Shown piece by piece: positions 39,501 through 49,694 of a DNA stretch of 64,000 bases (positions within the stretch are counted from its first letter, which is position 1; each line of letters starts with the position of its first letter). Under the pieces are notes generated by a model. It saw only the letters and a program-made list of their open reading frames with translations. It was not told the DNA's origin and made no database searches. A program made the position numbers and the translations under genes. Source of the DNA: an uncultured virus (IMG/VR IMGVR_UViG_3300042399_001449) (Duplodnaviria > Heunggongvirae > Uroviricota > Caudoviricetes); the IMG/VR virus record IMGVR_UViG_3300042399_001449. One strand, written 5' to 3'.

Positions 39501-40169
39501 ATTAGGTAATGGCTCATATAATTTAATATATACATATTCTCCTATTACAACACTATTAACAAACATTAAAGTTTGATTTCTACTAAAATTTAAAACGTAA
39601 GTCTTATGAAATTCCGTAGAAGTATGATTAACTGTTTGTATATAAGTTGTTAATTGTTTTAAGAACTCTGCATTATCTTCATCAATAGCACGTAAACGTA
39701 ACTCAGTTCGGTCCGGAGATATTTCGTCAATTCTTAAATGTTGTTGTTCATAACTACCAATTAAGTTTTTAAAAAAGTTAACTGCAATTTTAAAATTTCC
39801 TGCTGTTAATTTTAATTTTTCAAATTCACTATATAAATCAATTGCAATTGGCTTGCTAGGTAATTTGATTGTTTGGTTAGTTATTTTATCTTTATATTGT
39901 GGTATTTTTGTTCGTAGTTGTATCTTATGATTACCAGTTATCCAAGAATCTCCTGCGTATACATGAAGCTCTGTACGCAAATCATTTGTTGCGCTAGTAA
40001 TTTGTGGAACCTGTGAAATACGATTAGTTGCAGAATAGCTTAAAAGATCAGTTTTTGATTTTTCTAAACGTGTTGCTGAAACAGATTTAGTTGCAGTTTG
40101 TATTTGCTCGATATTTTTATATTGTGTAATCATTCTTCTTGTTCCCAACGTTGTGCATCTGCATCCCAT
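36546..40169 (-). CDS. Baseplate wedge protein (gp7 / P2 gpI-like domain)
   Basis: LLYSVAKQFGW...LLKSKGTKRSIQALLSCYG motif; downstream of gp6-like gene. True start may be MITQYKN, slightly inside the track start. Confidence 0.7.
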   Translation of the reverse strand: MGCRCTTLGTRRMITQYKNIEQIQTATKSVSATRLEKSKTDLLSYSATNRISQVPQITSATNDLRTELHVYAGDSWITGNHKIQLRTKIPQYKDKITNQTIKLPSKPIAIDLYSEFEKLKLTAGNFKIAVNFFKNLIGSYEQQHLRIDEISPDRTELRLRAIDEDNAEFLKQLTTYIQTVNHTSTEFHKTYVLNFSRNQTLMFVNSVVIGEYVYIKLYEPLPNTIDVNFKCWVVEELKSPYIDNVAIQPAQSIKKFNKLSNPNWQANYSYNTSTETGLKNWNDLLGSSVQTSQQIVDAYFSGSLSGVKLNIDYSDFNNFVFYSSAVERLENFRYKLGLLEYYTSQSLVVSELSGSVATTNAADYELTKTNLISGFDAFEQYLYYQSSSILATYEIPHESPNVTQITGSYITPVPKTNSTIPYTISTTTSTEFNTWYNKLIATASLYDSLNINALVYTIPEYIRYDVNNQELSTFVNMLGHHYDILYTYINHMSKTNKREENPKLGMPNELLYSVAKQFGWNLTDGNQYQELWQYVLGTNSAGTPLTGSNTVGDPSVPGRDMTYAVWRRIVNNLPLLLKSKGTKRSIQALLSCYGIPQSMISINEYGGPRLDRTPVYEKLNFDYALDLLANPAGTVTINYTQPINSVELRFRTDNVVTNPTMSSTMNLFNIGSNAVTLDYTSGTMGSIQINGTSSLDIEMFDGGWLTALLKTSGSALQVVAKRSKYGKIVAAVSASATASFTSTGTLTLGSTSTGATRLQGQLQELRLWTSSLNDVAFDNHVKAPAAYDGNVDTYSELVFRLPLTQKINHLATSSLSGVEPNYSAISASFASWTNNTPYDSIEETYYYNAPSLGAGTFDDNKIRLEDNNLVGTLDVKTRAERSQFDKSPLDSKKLGVYFSPQTMIDEDIIAHFGYEELDQYIGDPGAADAKSYPRLIQAAQSYWKKYSDRNDINAYINMFTLFDLSFFKQLEQLLPARTDKLLGILIQPNLLERSKDKILPEIKRYDSVYNVIIDNIAPTGSGDYLQYIGTMDGKILDIVATDDDQWQMYITASAEKKYNGTTYSYAYLIPSASTWITASTPSWRSEALAPVIITPKTSEHVYVSGSVSYSSGSSGLTATYGAGAYGTATYYLDPVGAGFEGTLATVQDYLPTGIRNQRYDGSKISSPRFNVNSTQTVDGGPVVEFRSANPNQLVYQQNGEQGSFVLV

Positions 40170-41374
40170 ACAAATGTTGCAATTTGATTACCATCTGTAT
40201 CATAATATGGCCTAGTCTCACCACTTATTCCTGGTTCTCCATATGGAGGATATGTTTCATCAATATCTTCCGACACATTACCCATTGGATTACTAGCAGA
40301 AGTTTGTGAATTATCTAAAGTATATTGTGGTAATGATATTAATTGACCGTTACGCTTTTCAAATATATCTGTAAATGTAGTTCCTGCATTTGTTACTTCA
40401 ACTAATATACAATTATCACTAAATGAATAAACACCAGTACCTATATCTCCATTTAATGATGGCGTTGTAGGGATATCAATAACATCAATTTTCCAATAAC
40501 AATTCGGTGTTAATACCCAAGACCTAGCACCAGCTTGAACTTCGATAAAATACATATCATATGCCGCAGCATCATTAAATATATCAACTACATATTCAAG
40601 TTGAAAGAATGGATATTCATTTCCACCAAATATACCATTAGACTCAGATCGTACTCTATAAGTAGTTCCTGTTGATCTCCATGCTTCTGGCATATTACGA
40701 CTGATAGTCATATTAAATCCTACAGCATCATCTTGGTTTTCACTTGTAAATTGTGCTTGTATTGAAAATTTAAGTGTTTTATTTTTAGCACGTAATGCTT
40801 CTAATATTTCCGGCGTAATTGTATATGATCCAATTTCAGATTGTTGTCCACCCGCAAACGGTAATCTACTGTAGCCGGCATAAAGATCTCCGCCATTCGT
40901 AAACCAAGTATCAGAATATGATGTTGCAATTCTCTGATATCCTTGTGGTTGTCCCTGTGCATCAATCGCAGCAGGAATTGTATATCGCGCTGCAATAGTA
41001 TCAGATTCAAAATCTAAATCTATAACTAAATCTTCAACATCAGCTGATGGTTTAATTGTTACTGGGAATTTATAATATTGAAATCTAGTATCTAAAACTT
41101 TTAAAGCTGATTTAGTAGTTATTAATTCAGCTACTGGATCAATAATTAACAATGGGTTCGTAGTAGAAGATTCTTGCAGTACAATATTGCCTGCACTATC
41201 TCTTGGGATAACGGATTCATTATTTGAAATATACGTTAATCCATCAGTACGGTACCGAGCTTGTTGATCAGCTGTAATTGGATCTAAAGTTAATTGTCCT
41301 AAATTTATTGGCGTAGTTTCCAATACACGACGAATTAACTGAATATCTCCTTTTAAATTGTTTTTATTTACCAT
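40130..41374 (-). CDS. Hypothetical structural protein
   Basis: 414 aa ORF inside the baseplate operon. Confidence 0.65.
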   Translation of the reverse strand: MVNKNNLKGDIQLIRRVLETTPINLGQLTLDPITADQQARYRTDGLTYISNNESVIPRDSAGNIVLQESSTTNPLLIIDPVAELITTKSALKVLDTRFQYYKFPVTIKPSADVEDLVIDLDFESDTIAARYTIPAAIDAQGQPQGYQRIATSYSDTWFTNGGDLYAGYSRLPFAGGQQSEIGSYTITPEILEALRAKNKTLKFSIQAQFTSENQDDAVGFNMTISRNMPEAWRSTGTTYRVRSESNGIFGGNEYPFFQLEYVVDIFNDAAAYDMYFIEVQAGARSWVLTPNCYWKIDVIDIPTTPSLNGDIGTGVYSFSDNCILVEVTNAGTTFTDIFEKRNGQLISLPQYTLDNSQTSASNPMGNVSEDIDETYPPYGEPGISGETRPYYDTDGNQIATFVWDADAQRWEQEE

Positions 41375-42492
41375 TATCTGACTACTTTAAAATAAATGTC
41401 ATTGTCGATATACTGCTCAGTGAACCCATCTTTGATTTTTATTTCTAAACGATATGTTCGCTCAGGCATAAAACCATTCATATCTAGGTAGATGTAATTA
41501 CTAGTAGAATCGCAACTTACTTTATTATAAATATTGTCATACGGAATTATAGCTTCATCTGTTGCTGCATCATAAACCGCATAATAAGTAGTTGTTGGTA
41601 AATATTTTATAGTCTCTATAGGGAAAAGATTAGTTGGAGATTTTCTAGGATATTTATCGCGAGCGTAAATTCTAATTTTTGCAATCTCAGTATCTTTATA
41701 TGTTGGTTTTACTTTAGTGTATACAACATATGATTCTAAATCAACTGACGTCAATGATCCCGTTGTAAACGCACTATTATCAAAGTACATTGTTAATCTA
41801 GGAACATATATTGTGTGGGTATCTCTACTAAAATATCTAATGTATCCTTGAATATTAGTATCAGCTTCATCAGAATCCGATAGCTGCAATAAAAATCCAT
41901 TATTAGGAATACTAGCTCCGCCACTACCGCTCATCCAAATTTTTACTGAATCAGTTACATCTAAATTAATATCAGTTGTTTGATATGAAAATGATTGTGA
42001 ATTAATAAGACCAGCTGTTGACCCAGCACTTGCTGACTGAAACATCCAACTACCTCCAGCCCCAGAACCTGAAATATATAATGTACTAGATCCAATTTGT
42101 TGTTGCTGACTTGAAGAAACCCATAATGACCCAGAATATGGTCCATTCCAAGTTACACCATCGATGGTATTCGATATTGAGTCACCAGTACCATTTATCC
42201 AATTTTGAGCTACTAATTTAGAATGAATAGAATATTCAGATGGCAAATTTTTAGCATATGATGTATATAACTGCAATATAAATTTACAATCATTTACAGT
42301 TTTTCCATATAATGATAATGATTCTGAAATTTCAGTCATATCAAATTTTATAAGGCTTCTAGATTTTAATAAAGTGTCGCCTTCAGTATTAAATTTTTTG
42401 CCAATTTCTAGTACTTGATCTAATCCATAATTTTTAGTTGGATTTGATTCAAATAAGGTTGCATCTTTTTCTGCATAAAATATTCTAAACAT
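41374..42492 (-). CDS. Structural protein with DNRLRE/CBM96-like domain
   Basis: AEKDATLFESNPTKNYG...SRSLIKFD...NNGFLL...PRL pattern. Confidence 0.6.
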   Translation of the reverse strand: MFRIFYAEKDATLFESNPTKNYGLDQVLEIGKKFNTEGDTLLKSRSLIKFDMTEISESLSLYGKTVNDCKFILQLYTSYAKNLPSEYSIHSKLVAQNWINGTGDSISNTIDGVTWNGPYSGSLWVSSSQQQQIGSSTLYISGSGAGGSWMFQSASAGSTAGLINSQSFSYQTTDINLDVTDSVKIWMSGSGGASIPNNGFLLQLSDSDEADTNIQGYIRYFSRDTHTIYVPRLTMYFDNSAFTTGSLTSVDLESYVVYTKVKPTYKDTEIAKIRIYARDKYPRKSPTNLFPIETIKYLPTTTYYAVYDAATDEAIIPYDNIYNKVSCDSTSNYIYLDMNGFMPERTYRLEIKIKDGFTEQYIDNDIYFKVVR

Positions 42493-42502
42493 TTATTATT
42501 CC

Positions 42503-44383
42503 TTAATAGTTGACTACGCGTCCTTTAATATCTTGATTTGGAAATTTAACTTCAAAGATGCTAGGATCTAATGAAGGATAAATTATTCCATTTTTTGTCG
42601 CTGTTTGTAAATCATAAACATTACCAGAATAATTTAAGTCAGTTTCATATAAATTTGAAATCTTAACTCCTACAACTGATTGAACGCCTTTAACATTTGC
42701 AATTAAATTAGTAATATCAGATTTTATAATAGGTTGGTTTATTTGCCATTTATCAACATTAAAATGATCACGTAATGAATTAATACATTTTAATAAAACT
42801 TCATTACTATTATAATTAGACAATACTGAAATTTCGAAATCAATTCCTATGTTAATAATAAATGCATCTTTTATATTAATAGCATCTGTTAACATACGAT
42901 AATAATTTAAGTATGTTTTTAAATTTTCTTTAACTGCTAAATTTAATTCAGTTAATTGTTTTGATGCATTGAATCCTAAAACATACATATTCATTGCCAA
43001 TGGATTAGCAATCTTTGTTTCTTGATAATCTTGTTGTGAAATTTGATCATCTGGCACAATGTAAGCTTTTGCTACACTACCAAATTTTGATGGCATAGAA
43101 TAAGCTCGAATAATATAATCATCTCTAGTTACCAAACGATTCTGTGTCGCAAAATTTGCTAAAGCATTATTTTTTATATCTTGCAAACTGTCTGATGTTT
43201 TAGCTCCTGTTGCTGGTTTCGGATTCGTAACAGCTACTGTATTCTTAACGAAATTTACAACACCTGCAGATATCGAAGAATTAACATCATCATTAAATGC
43301 AATAAAGTCAACCTCAGTAAGTTCTCCAGCTGGGACATTATCTGTTATACCATTTCCAATTGTATATGTTACAGTTAATGTAGTATTAGACGGAGCTTGA
43401 CCGTAAGTTCTAGTATATAAAAAGTTAGACGGATCTATATCAACATCTAAATTCTTTCTAAAACCAGCTAAACCATTTCCAACATTATCCGGATTTGGAA
43501 TTATTTCTTCATCATTATTATCTGATATACCTGACCCGAACTGCATTTCTAAACGATTATCACTTCTTAATCTTGTAATAAAACGTTTAGATGATTTACG
43601 AAGTTTTAATAAACTAGGAGAAGATGAACGATACTGACTTAACTCAGGATCATTTTCTGCCAAATTTGGTACTGCTTCAAAAATAGTGTCTTGAGCTAAA
43701 TATGGAACTTCATACCAATTATCACCATCAGACTCAGTAACTGATATAATTTCAATTACATTAGATTCTGGTAAAACTACTTTGTCATATGCAATTGGTG
43801 AATTAAATGTAAACTTTGCTGTTTTTACTTCACCCGAAACAGCCCGTGCTGTTTTCTTTAATAAATAATATGTAGGTGTTTTAGTTATAGGATCACTTTC
43901 ATATATTGTTACTTCGGTATTATCAATACTAGAAGAATATGAAAAGTCAATTGAATCCAACGTTCTAAATACAGCAGCACCAGATTTTTGTTTTATACGG
44001 AACCCAGGGTTTATTGATAATGCATAATTATAATCAGGTCGAACATTATTTCCCGTGCCAATTGCTGGAACTAAATGAAATACATTCAAATCTACATATG
44101 CAGGAACAACGTTGCTTGGATTATAACCCAACGTTTTTGCAATATCATATATATTACCTCGTTCGGATGCTTGTTCTAATAAAGATTCTTTTAAATTAGT
44201 ATCTGCATAAAATGATAAAACATCGCCTACATAAGAAGCTAATTCAATAAATAACATCCCAGGAGATGATTCATTGAAATCTGTATATGTATTTGGAAAG
44301 TATTGTTTTGTAAACTCTATTAGATTGTTTCTAAATTGTCCAAAATCTTTTCCTAAATATGTTACATCTTTTTTTATTTCCAT
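42503..44383 (-). CDS. gp6: Baseplate wedge subunit (T4 gp6 / baseplate J-like)
   Basis: DFGQFRNNL...YTDFNESSPG...ELASYVGDVLSFY...ESLL; FGSG; QNRLVTRDDY motifs. Confidence 0.9.
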   Translation of the reverse strand: MEIKKDVTYLGKDFGQFRNNLIEFTKQYFPNTYTDFNESSPGMLFIELASYVGDVLSFYADTNLKESLLEQASERGNIYDIAKTLGYNPSNVVPAYVDLNVFHLVPAIGTGNNVRPDYNYALSINPGFRIKQKSGAAVFRTLDSIDFSYSSSIDNTEVTIYESDPITKTPTYYLLKKTARAVSGEVKTAKFTFNSPIAYDKVVLPESNVIEIISVTESDGDNWYEVPYLAQDTIFEAVPNLAENDPELSQYRSSSPSLLKLRKSSKRFITRLRSDNRLEMQFGSGISDNNDEEIIPNPDNVGNGLAGFRKNLDVDIDPSNFLYTRTYGQAPSNTTLTVTYTIGNGITDNVPAGELTEVDFIAFNDDVNSSISAGVVNFVKNTVAVTNPKPATGAKTSDSLQDIKNNALANFATQNRLVTRDDYIIRAYSMPSKFGSVAKAYIVPDDQISQQDYQETKIANPLAMNMYVLGFNASKQLTELNLAVKENLKTYLNYYRMLTDAINIKDAFIINIGIDFEISVLSNYNSNEVLLKCINSLRDHFNVDKWQINQPIIKSDITNLIANVKGVQSVVGVKISNLYETDLNYSGNVYDLQTATKNGIIYPSLDPSIFEVKFPNQDIKGRVVNY

Positions 44384-44393
44384 TTTATTTACC

Positions 44394-44828
44394 TTATTCT
44401 ATTCTAACACTAGAAGCATCGCCAACGATCGTTATTGTATTCGTATCTAAATTATCCACTGAATAATTTATTGTTATTTGTATGTTGTGAATCAACGTTG
44501 GATCATCCTCATTTGTGATAACGTCAATTGAGTCAATATTAATATAAGGTAACCAATAATTAACTGGTTCTTGTATCAATGTTTGTATTTGTGTTTTTAA
44601 ACTAGATAAGTTTGGTTCGAAAATAATAGTTATTAAATTAGTTCCATATGTTGGTTGCATTACACGTTCGCCAATTCTGGTCAATAATAACGTTTTAAGA
44701 TTTTCTTTAGTTTGTATATCGGTTGTATATATAGGAGCAAATAATGATGCATTAGCAGAAAAGGATATACCTAATCCTACTTCATTTTGTTGAGTTACAT
44801 CATTAATTGATTCTAAACGATATCCCAT
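44394..44828 (-). CDS. gp25: Baseplate wedge / sheath initiator (gp25-like)
   Basis: KENLKTLLLTRIGERVMQPTYGTNL...IFEP...WLPYI signature. Confidence 0.92.
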   Translation of the reverse strand: MGYRLESINDVTQQNEVGLGISFSANASLFAPIYTTDIQTKENLKTLLLTRIGERVMQPTYGTNLITIIFEPNLSSLKTQIQTLIQEPVNYWLPYINIDSIDVITNEDDPTLIHNIQITINYSVDNLDTNTITIVGDASSVRIE

Positions 44829-45358
44829 TATGCCATTCCTTTTTTCTTGTCAATCGCTTTCATCACTGCTGAATAGTCACGAGTCATTGCTGCTGCAACA
44901 CTAGGGTCAACATCATATACCTTACCTGTTTCTGGATCTTCCATCACTTTAGGAGCTTGTGGAGCTAATCCTATTGAAGCTGCCATATTTTGACGCATCA
45001 TACCAAAGCCCGCTGCATCTTTTGATGTCATGGTAATTTGATCATCATATGATTCATTCATCATATCAGAAAAACTATTCATTGCTAATGGTTGGTGTTC
45101 CATTAATGGGTCTGTATCATTTAAAACAGATGCCCATTTATTTTCTGCAAATACAGCTTTTTTTGTTGAAGTTTGTTTCGCAGCCGATGGTGGTGGGGTT
45201 CTGTGCCCAGGCATATTAGTTTTCGAAGGTTGTTTCATTTCTGAAATTGTAGGTTTTAAACCTTCTTTCAATATCTCAGTTAGTTCTTGTTTAATAACCG
45301 ATCTTAATTCTTCTCGGACTATCTTTTTTAGAGCTAATATAAATGTTTTGTTATCCAT
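44828..45358 (-). CDS. Hypothetical protein
   Basis: ORF track; KIVREEL...EILKE; late motif 45373-45380. Confidence 0.7.
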   Translation of the reverse strand: MDNKTFILALKKIVREELRSVIKQELTEILKEGLKPTISEMKQPSKTNMPGHRTPPPSAAKQTSTKKAVFAENKWASVLNDTDPLMEHQPLAMNSFSDMMNESYDDQITMTSKDAAGFGMMRQNMAASIGLAPQAPKVMEDPETGKVYDVDPSVAAAMTRDYSAVMKAIDKKKGMA

Positions 45359-45386
45359 AGTACTTATTTTTATATAAATATTGTAA

Positions 45387-46238
45387 TTATAAATTTACGG
45401 GTTGTCCCCACGCAGTTGTATTAGGCTTAGGCCCATATATCTTTGATGATTGTATATCAATATAATAATCACCTATTTTACCTAGATCTCCTGCAGGAAC
45501 ACCTGGCGATTGGTATACTTTGCTAGGCGCTTCTTGTAATGACGTTAGCAAGCTTCTTTGTTGTATTAATAATGATTCAATTGAATCAGATCGATCATCT
45601 AAATCAGACTCAGATACATTATCGTCATTATAGAATTTAGTAGCAACTAAATCATTATAATCATAATCATCACCCAATTGACCATCACCTAATAAGTTGC
45701 CCGGTAATTCAAAATCCGAATCTGTTTCACCACATGTAGCTGATACTTTATTAATAGCATTAGTTAGTGGCGGAACAATTGTTGCTAATTTAGATGTAAG
45801 TGTTGCTGGTATTGTTGAAAATTGATTCAACGATTCAATTGCATTAACAATTGTTGCATCTTGTATAGCCGTTAATTGTCCAGCAATAAATGAGGCCGCA
45901 GTAATTGGATTACTCAACTGTGCAATTGATATTGCAGTTTTAATACCTTGCGCCACAGCTACAACTTGTTTAACCGTTTCAATTGTTTTTTGAATTTTAG
46001 GTATAGTTTCTTGAACTTTAGTAATTTGCTCTTGAACTTCAGCTAATTGATCTTTAATTTTTTTAACTCGCGGATCATCACATTGTGCACTAGCTGGTAA
46101 CTTAACCGAGTCTTCTACTGTTTTAGCTACTTGCTCAGCTAATTTGTCTGTTTGTGTATCAAGTTGTTTCATAACTTCTGAAACAGCTTTACCTGGTAGT
46201 TTTGGTATAAAATCTAATGGTGGAACTACTGCACTCAT
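45387..46238 (-). CDS. Hypothetical virion-associated coiled-coil protein
   Basis: Coiled coil; C-terminal GVPAGDLGKIGDYYID...IYGPK motif seen in virion proteins. Confidence 0.65.
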   Translation of the reverse strand: MSAVVPPLDFIPKLPGKAVSEVMKQLDTQTDKLAEQVAKTVEDSVKLPASAQCDDPRVKKIKDQLAEVQEQITKVQETIPKIQKTIETVKQVVAVAQGIKTAISIAQLSNPITAASFIAGQLTAIQDATIVNAIESLNQFSTIPATLTSKLATIVPPLTNAINKVSATCGETDSDFELPGNLLGDGQLGDDYDYNDLVATKFYNDDNVSESDLDDRSDSIESLLIQQRSLLTSLQEAPSKVYQSPGVPAGDLGKIGDYYIDIQSSKIYGPKPNTTAWGQPVNL

Positions 46239-46246
46239 AACTTTCC

Positions 46247-47272
46247 TTATTTACTTAAATAATATTTTTGACTTAATAGATTTTGTAATTCTTGTTGAGC
46301 AGAAATTCTATTAGATTGATCTATAAATGTGCCAACCATTGTACCACACTGAATTGGCGAACTTAATTGGCTCAATATTTTTTGTAAGACTTTTAATAAA
46401 ACATCGCCATGCACCATATTAGATGCAGCTTCATCATTTCCTAGTTTTATATCTCCCGTAGTATTCAATATAATTGCACGAGGAGAATCAATTACAACGA
46501 TATCTGTTTTTGCTTTTAAAATAACACGGTCTGCTGTTCCAATAAATTGTGAGCTTGCAAATTGTGATTCATTTGGTAAAAAACAAGATAATGAATTAGG
46601 CGAATTTTTATCACCTAATTTGAGTGTAGGTATATTTTGTGTGCTAGTTAAATAAACTGACGAAGCATCTTGTTCAATGTTTTCATTTACAAATTGTTTG
46701 TTTGGTTTATTTATTCTGCCATTAGATATTATTATGATTGGATCACCTATAGCATTTGACTTCCAAACTGGTTCTACACTGTATTTACCTGCAGTATAAT
46801 TAAGTGAACTACCAAAACGTATACTATTGCTCCAACGACCTTCTAATAAAAAATCTCCTTCATATGGTTGTAATGGAGATACAGATTTTTGATTAAATGT
46901 ATATCCTGGTTTAATTGCATCAATTTGAGTTTGAGTCAAATCAGATGACATTCCGGGTAACATGTTTTCGTTAATTGACGAATGAACATCGATCGATGTT
47001 ATGTAGTACCATTGCTCACGCCATCTAGATGGAGTTGATTGTTGATTAAATGTTTTATAAATCAAAACAAATTCTCCTACTAACGGAATTTGTTTCATAT
47101 TGATATTAGAAGGCTTAACAATGAATTCTTTTTGGTTGTAATATTCACTGCAAGATCTAACTTTTAATGCAAATAAATTATTAACTGTAGTATTAGATTG
47201 ATCCGCGGGAATATACTGATACGTATCATCGTATGCTAAAACTTCAGCTACGTCGAATTCAATATTACGCAC
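46247..47272 (-). CDS. Baseplate hub / central spike protein (gp5/gpV-like)
   Basis: PLVGEFVLI OB-fold motif, EGDFLLEGRWSNSIRFG, beta-repeat tail, IKLG...MVHGDVL. Confidence 0.7.
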   Translation of the reverse strand: MRNIEFDVAEVLAYDDTYQYIPADQSNTTVNNLFALKVRSCSEYYNQKEFIVKPSNINMKQIPLVGEFVLIYKTFNQQSTPSRWREQWYYITSIDVHSSINENMLPGMSSDLTQTQIDAIKPGYTFNQKSVSPLQPYEGDFLLEGRWSNSIRFGSSLNYTAGKYSVEPVWKSNAIGDPIIIISNGRINKPNKQFVNENIEQDASSVYLTSTQNIPTLKLGDKNSPNSLSCFLPNESQFASSQFIGTADRVILKAKTDIVVIDSPRAIILNTTGDIKLGNDEAASNMVHGDVLLKVLQKILSQLSSPIQCGTMVGTFIDQSNRISAQQELQNLLSQKYYLSK

Positions 47273-47699
47273 CTGGTTCCTTCTCTAATTTACTTTTTAC
47301 GGCCGTAATACGCTCTTGTAATGCAATATCTTCTTGATCGATTGAGTCTAGTTCATCTTCTAACTCAGCAGTCATTGTTTTCTCAGCAATCTTCATTAAT
47401 TGCTGTTTTTCTTCTTCACTTAACAAACCGTCTGCTCCTGCAATTGTTTGTTTTGTAGAAATAAAACGTTGAACGATAGCAGTAAGTTTAACGAGGTGAT
47501 CGTCATTCTTAACTGCTACGTCTAAGTATTCTTTTATCAGTGGCACTATAACCGTTGCATCTGATGCATTACGGATAAGTGGCTGAAGCTGTGATATAAG
47601 TTGGTTGATTTGTCTATCTTTCTTTTTAGAATTGTGATAGACATCGGACATTAAGTCAGCAAAAGATGTGCCTTTAAATATTTCATCATTCTTGTCCAT
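47265..47699 (-). CDS. Hypothetical helical protein
   Basis: ORF track; late motif 47716-47723 and AAAGGA SD. Confidence 0.7.
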   Translation of the reverse strand: MDKNDEIFKGTSFADLMSDVYHNSKKKDRQINQLISQLQPLIRNASDATVIVPLIKEYLDVAVKNDDHLVKLTAIVQRFISTKQTIAGADGLLSEEEKQQLMKIAEKTMTAELEDELDSIDQEDIALQERITAVKSKLEKEPGA

Positions 47700-47723
47700 A
47701 TCGTAAATCCTTTAATATAAATA

Positions 47724-48425
47724 TCAAAAAGGCAGATTTACGAAGTTTGAACGTTCATATTCAAGGAATTTGTCTGTGTATATTTGTTTAAGTGTTTTAA
47801 TGACACGTGTAATATTGTTTGTTTCTAATCCCGTACGCTCCCGGATAAAAATATACAACGCTTTTTTATTGAAGTCTTCAATGTTTTCTCGAGTTTCAAA
47901 AATATGAAGAATTGAGTCTGCAACATGTATATCTGTCCCATTCGAAAAAATGTAATTTAGATTGTCATAACAATATTCAATATACGCATCCATAAAATAT
48001 TTTAACGTCTCACGCATTTCATCATTATGAATCTCTGTAATAATATTACGCTGTTCGTCAATGTCTAATTCCATTGTATCGGCTTTTAATTTAGCATACG
48101 CTTTTTGATTTTCAGCAATCAAATAATTAAAAGATGTTCTAGTATAATAAGAATATGCTTTTCCAGAATCTGGCTTAAATTTATTTAAACGTTCTGTTAA
48201 ATATGTTACTAGATCTGTTTGTAAATCAACAAACGAAGAATCAATATAAGTTGGTTTAACTTTATTAATAAGATTTTCTGCTAACTTCATGAAGGCCGGA
48301 TAGATAAATCTTCGATAAATCTTTTCACGTTTTACTCGGTCATCTTCGATACCATTATATGCGGTAATCGCAAGGTCTGTTATTTTAGTAAAGTATACAT
48401 TACTTTTTTTCTTGCGCTTCGCCAT
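47724..48425 (-). CDS. Putative phage sigma factor (gp55-like late sigma)
   Basis: YF...LAENLI...DL..D....L.KFKPDSGKAYSYYTRTSFNYLI resembles sigma region 2 of gp55-type proteins. Confidence 0.65.
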   Translation of the reverse strand: MAKRKKKSNVYFTKITDLAITAYNGIEDDRVKREKIYRRFIYPAFMKLAENLINKVKPTYIDSSFVDLQTDLVTYLTERLNKFKPDSGKAYSYYTRTSFNYLIAENQKAYAKLKADTMELDIDEQRNIITEIHNDEMRETLKYFMDAYIEYCYDNLNYIFSNGTDIHVADSILHIFETRENIEDFNKKALYIFIRERTGLETNNITRVIKTLKQIYTDKFLEYERSNFVNLPF

Positions 48426-48702
48426 CGAATAAATCTTTTAGTTCTGTTATTGTTTCTTTCAACATCTGGAATGTTGTTCCTGCTTCATCTTCTGCTTCAA
48501 AAGAACCTAAACGGTCAATTTCTTGCATCGTGTTATATGAATCTTCAATTTTACCAAACATATATGTATTAGTAACTTCAAGCTCTTCAATATATTCTTG
48601 TGCTTCTGCTAATGCTCCCGCTAAATAATAAGCACGATACATAAAATAAGCTGCACTTCCAAACAGAATGGAACATACTATATATAATATAATCATAATC
48701 AA
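48400..48702 (-). CDS. Membrane-anchored hypothetical protein
   Basis: N-terminal hydrophobic helix. Confidence 0.7.
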   Translation of the reverse strand: MIMIILYIVCSILFGSAAYFMYRAYYLAGALAEAQEYIEELEVTNTYMFGKIEDSYNTMQEIDRLGSFEAEDEAGTTFQMLKETITELKDLFDGEAQEKK

Positions 48703-49484
48703 TCGTTATTAAATGCTCCAAAGATACTTGATATATCTGTTAAGGCTTGTTCAACATTTGGATTCGATTCTGCTAAGTTTTTCAATCCATTACTTTTTGT
48801 AGCTTTTGACTTTTCAACTACCGGAGCAGGAGTGCCGTCTTTTAAACGTTTCCAACGCTCATACTCAATAATTGATGCCATATGATCTGCATGGTGCAAA
48901 ATAACCGGTAAATTTGTTTTTAATTTTGCTTGGGGCGCACGAGCAACAAAGTATGGTTTATTTGCATCATCATACATTCCATCATGAATCTTAATTGCTT
49001 GATATTCATTCCAAGTCATCTTAACTCCATATTCTTGTAACAACCAAACTGATAGGTCCGGTACCATTGCAAATGGAATTGCTGAATTGGTTTTATAAAG
49101 TTTACCTTGATTTTTTCTATGCCAATCCGAAGTTTCAACTTGATATACTTCATTGCCATCGCCTGGGAAACCTGCTTTACCTAAATCGTGGTGCATTGCT
49201 GCAAACATCATTTCTTCAAGAGTATATCCAGACATATCTGCACCAGCAGCACTCCACGTGGCATGAAGTGATTCAACACAATCCATAACACGAAGTACGT
49301 GGTCAACATATCCTCCGGCAAATGCATTATGAAAATGTTCCATTGAAGAAGCTGGCATAAATACCATTCTTTCTTCAAACATATCATACATTTTATTTAA
49401 TGCATCTTTACGGGTTGGAAACAATGTGTTAACACGATTGCGATATTCTTCCCAATTTGATTTTATTTTTTCTGCTTCTAACAT
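48699..49484 (-). CDS. HD-domain phosphohydrolase (YhaM-like)
   Basis: PASS..FHNAFAGG..DH, HHDLGK, IHDG, HHAD motifs. Confidence 0.88.
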   Translation of the reverse strand: MLEAEKIKSNWEEYRNRVNTLFPTRKDALNKMYDMFEERMVFMPASSMEHFHNAFAGGYVDHVLRVMDCVESLHATWSAAGADMSGYTLEEMMFAAMHHDLGKAGFPGDGNEVYQVETSDWHRKNQGKLYKTNSAIPFAMVPDLSVWLLQEYGVKMTWNEYQAIKIHDGMYDDANKPYFVARAPQAKLKTNLPVILHHADHMASIIEYERWKRLKDGTPAPVVEKSKATKSNGLKNLAESNPNVEQALTDISSIFGAFNND

Positions 49485-49501
49485 AAATTAGTTTTACTAA
49501 T

Positions 49502-49530
49502 ATTATAATGAATTATTTTTTGATTTCCAA
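49502..49530 (-). promoter_or_regulatory. Sigma70-like promoter TTGGAA-N17-TATAAT
   Basis: Consensus -10 and 17-nt spacer; heads the HD / membrane protein / sigma factor run. Confidence 0.7.
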
Positions 49531-49680
49531 TTTTTCTCCGTTAACTAATCGTTGGGTACATTGCCAACAAGTTACCGAAGTTGCATTGTTATCAACTCGT
49601 TCACAGATGTTATCACAATATTTACATTGTAATTTTTTAAACCCACGTTGATTGGGAGCAAGTCTTGCTTTTTTTGCCAT
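49513..49680 (-). CDS. Small zinc-finger protein (55 aa; not in track)
   Basis: MAKKARLAPNQRGFKKLQCKYCDNICERVDNNATSVTCWQCTQRLVNGEKLEIKK; two CxxC pairs. Confidence 0.7.
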   Translation of the reverse strand: MAKKARLAPNQRGFKKLQCKYCDNICERVDNNATSVTCWQCTQRLVNGEKLEIKK

Positions 49681-49694
49681 AAATTAAAGTTTAA

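Noticed and set aside
47265..47699. Terminase small subunit
   Set aside because: Size and helicity fit, but no motif supports it and it is far from the large subunit.
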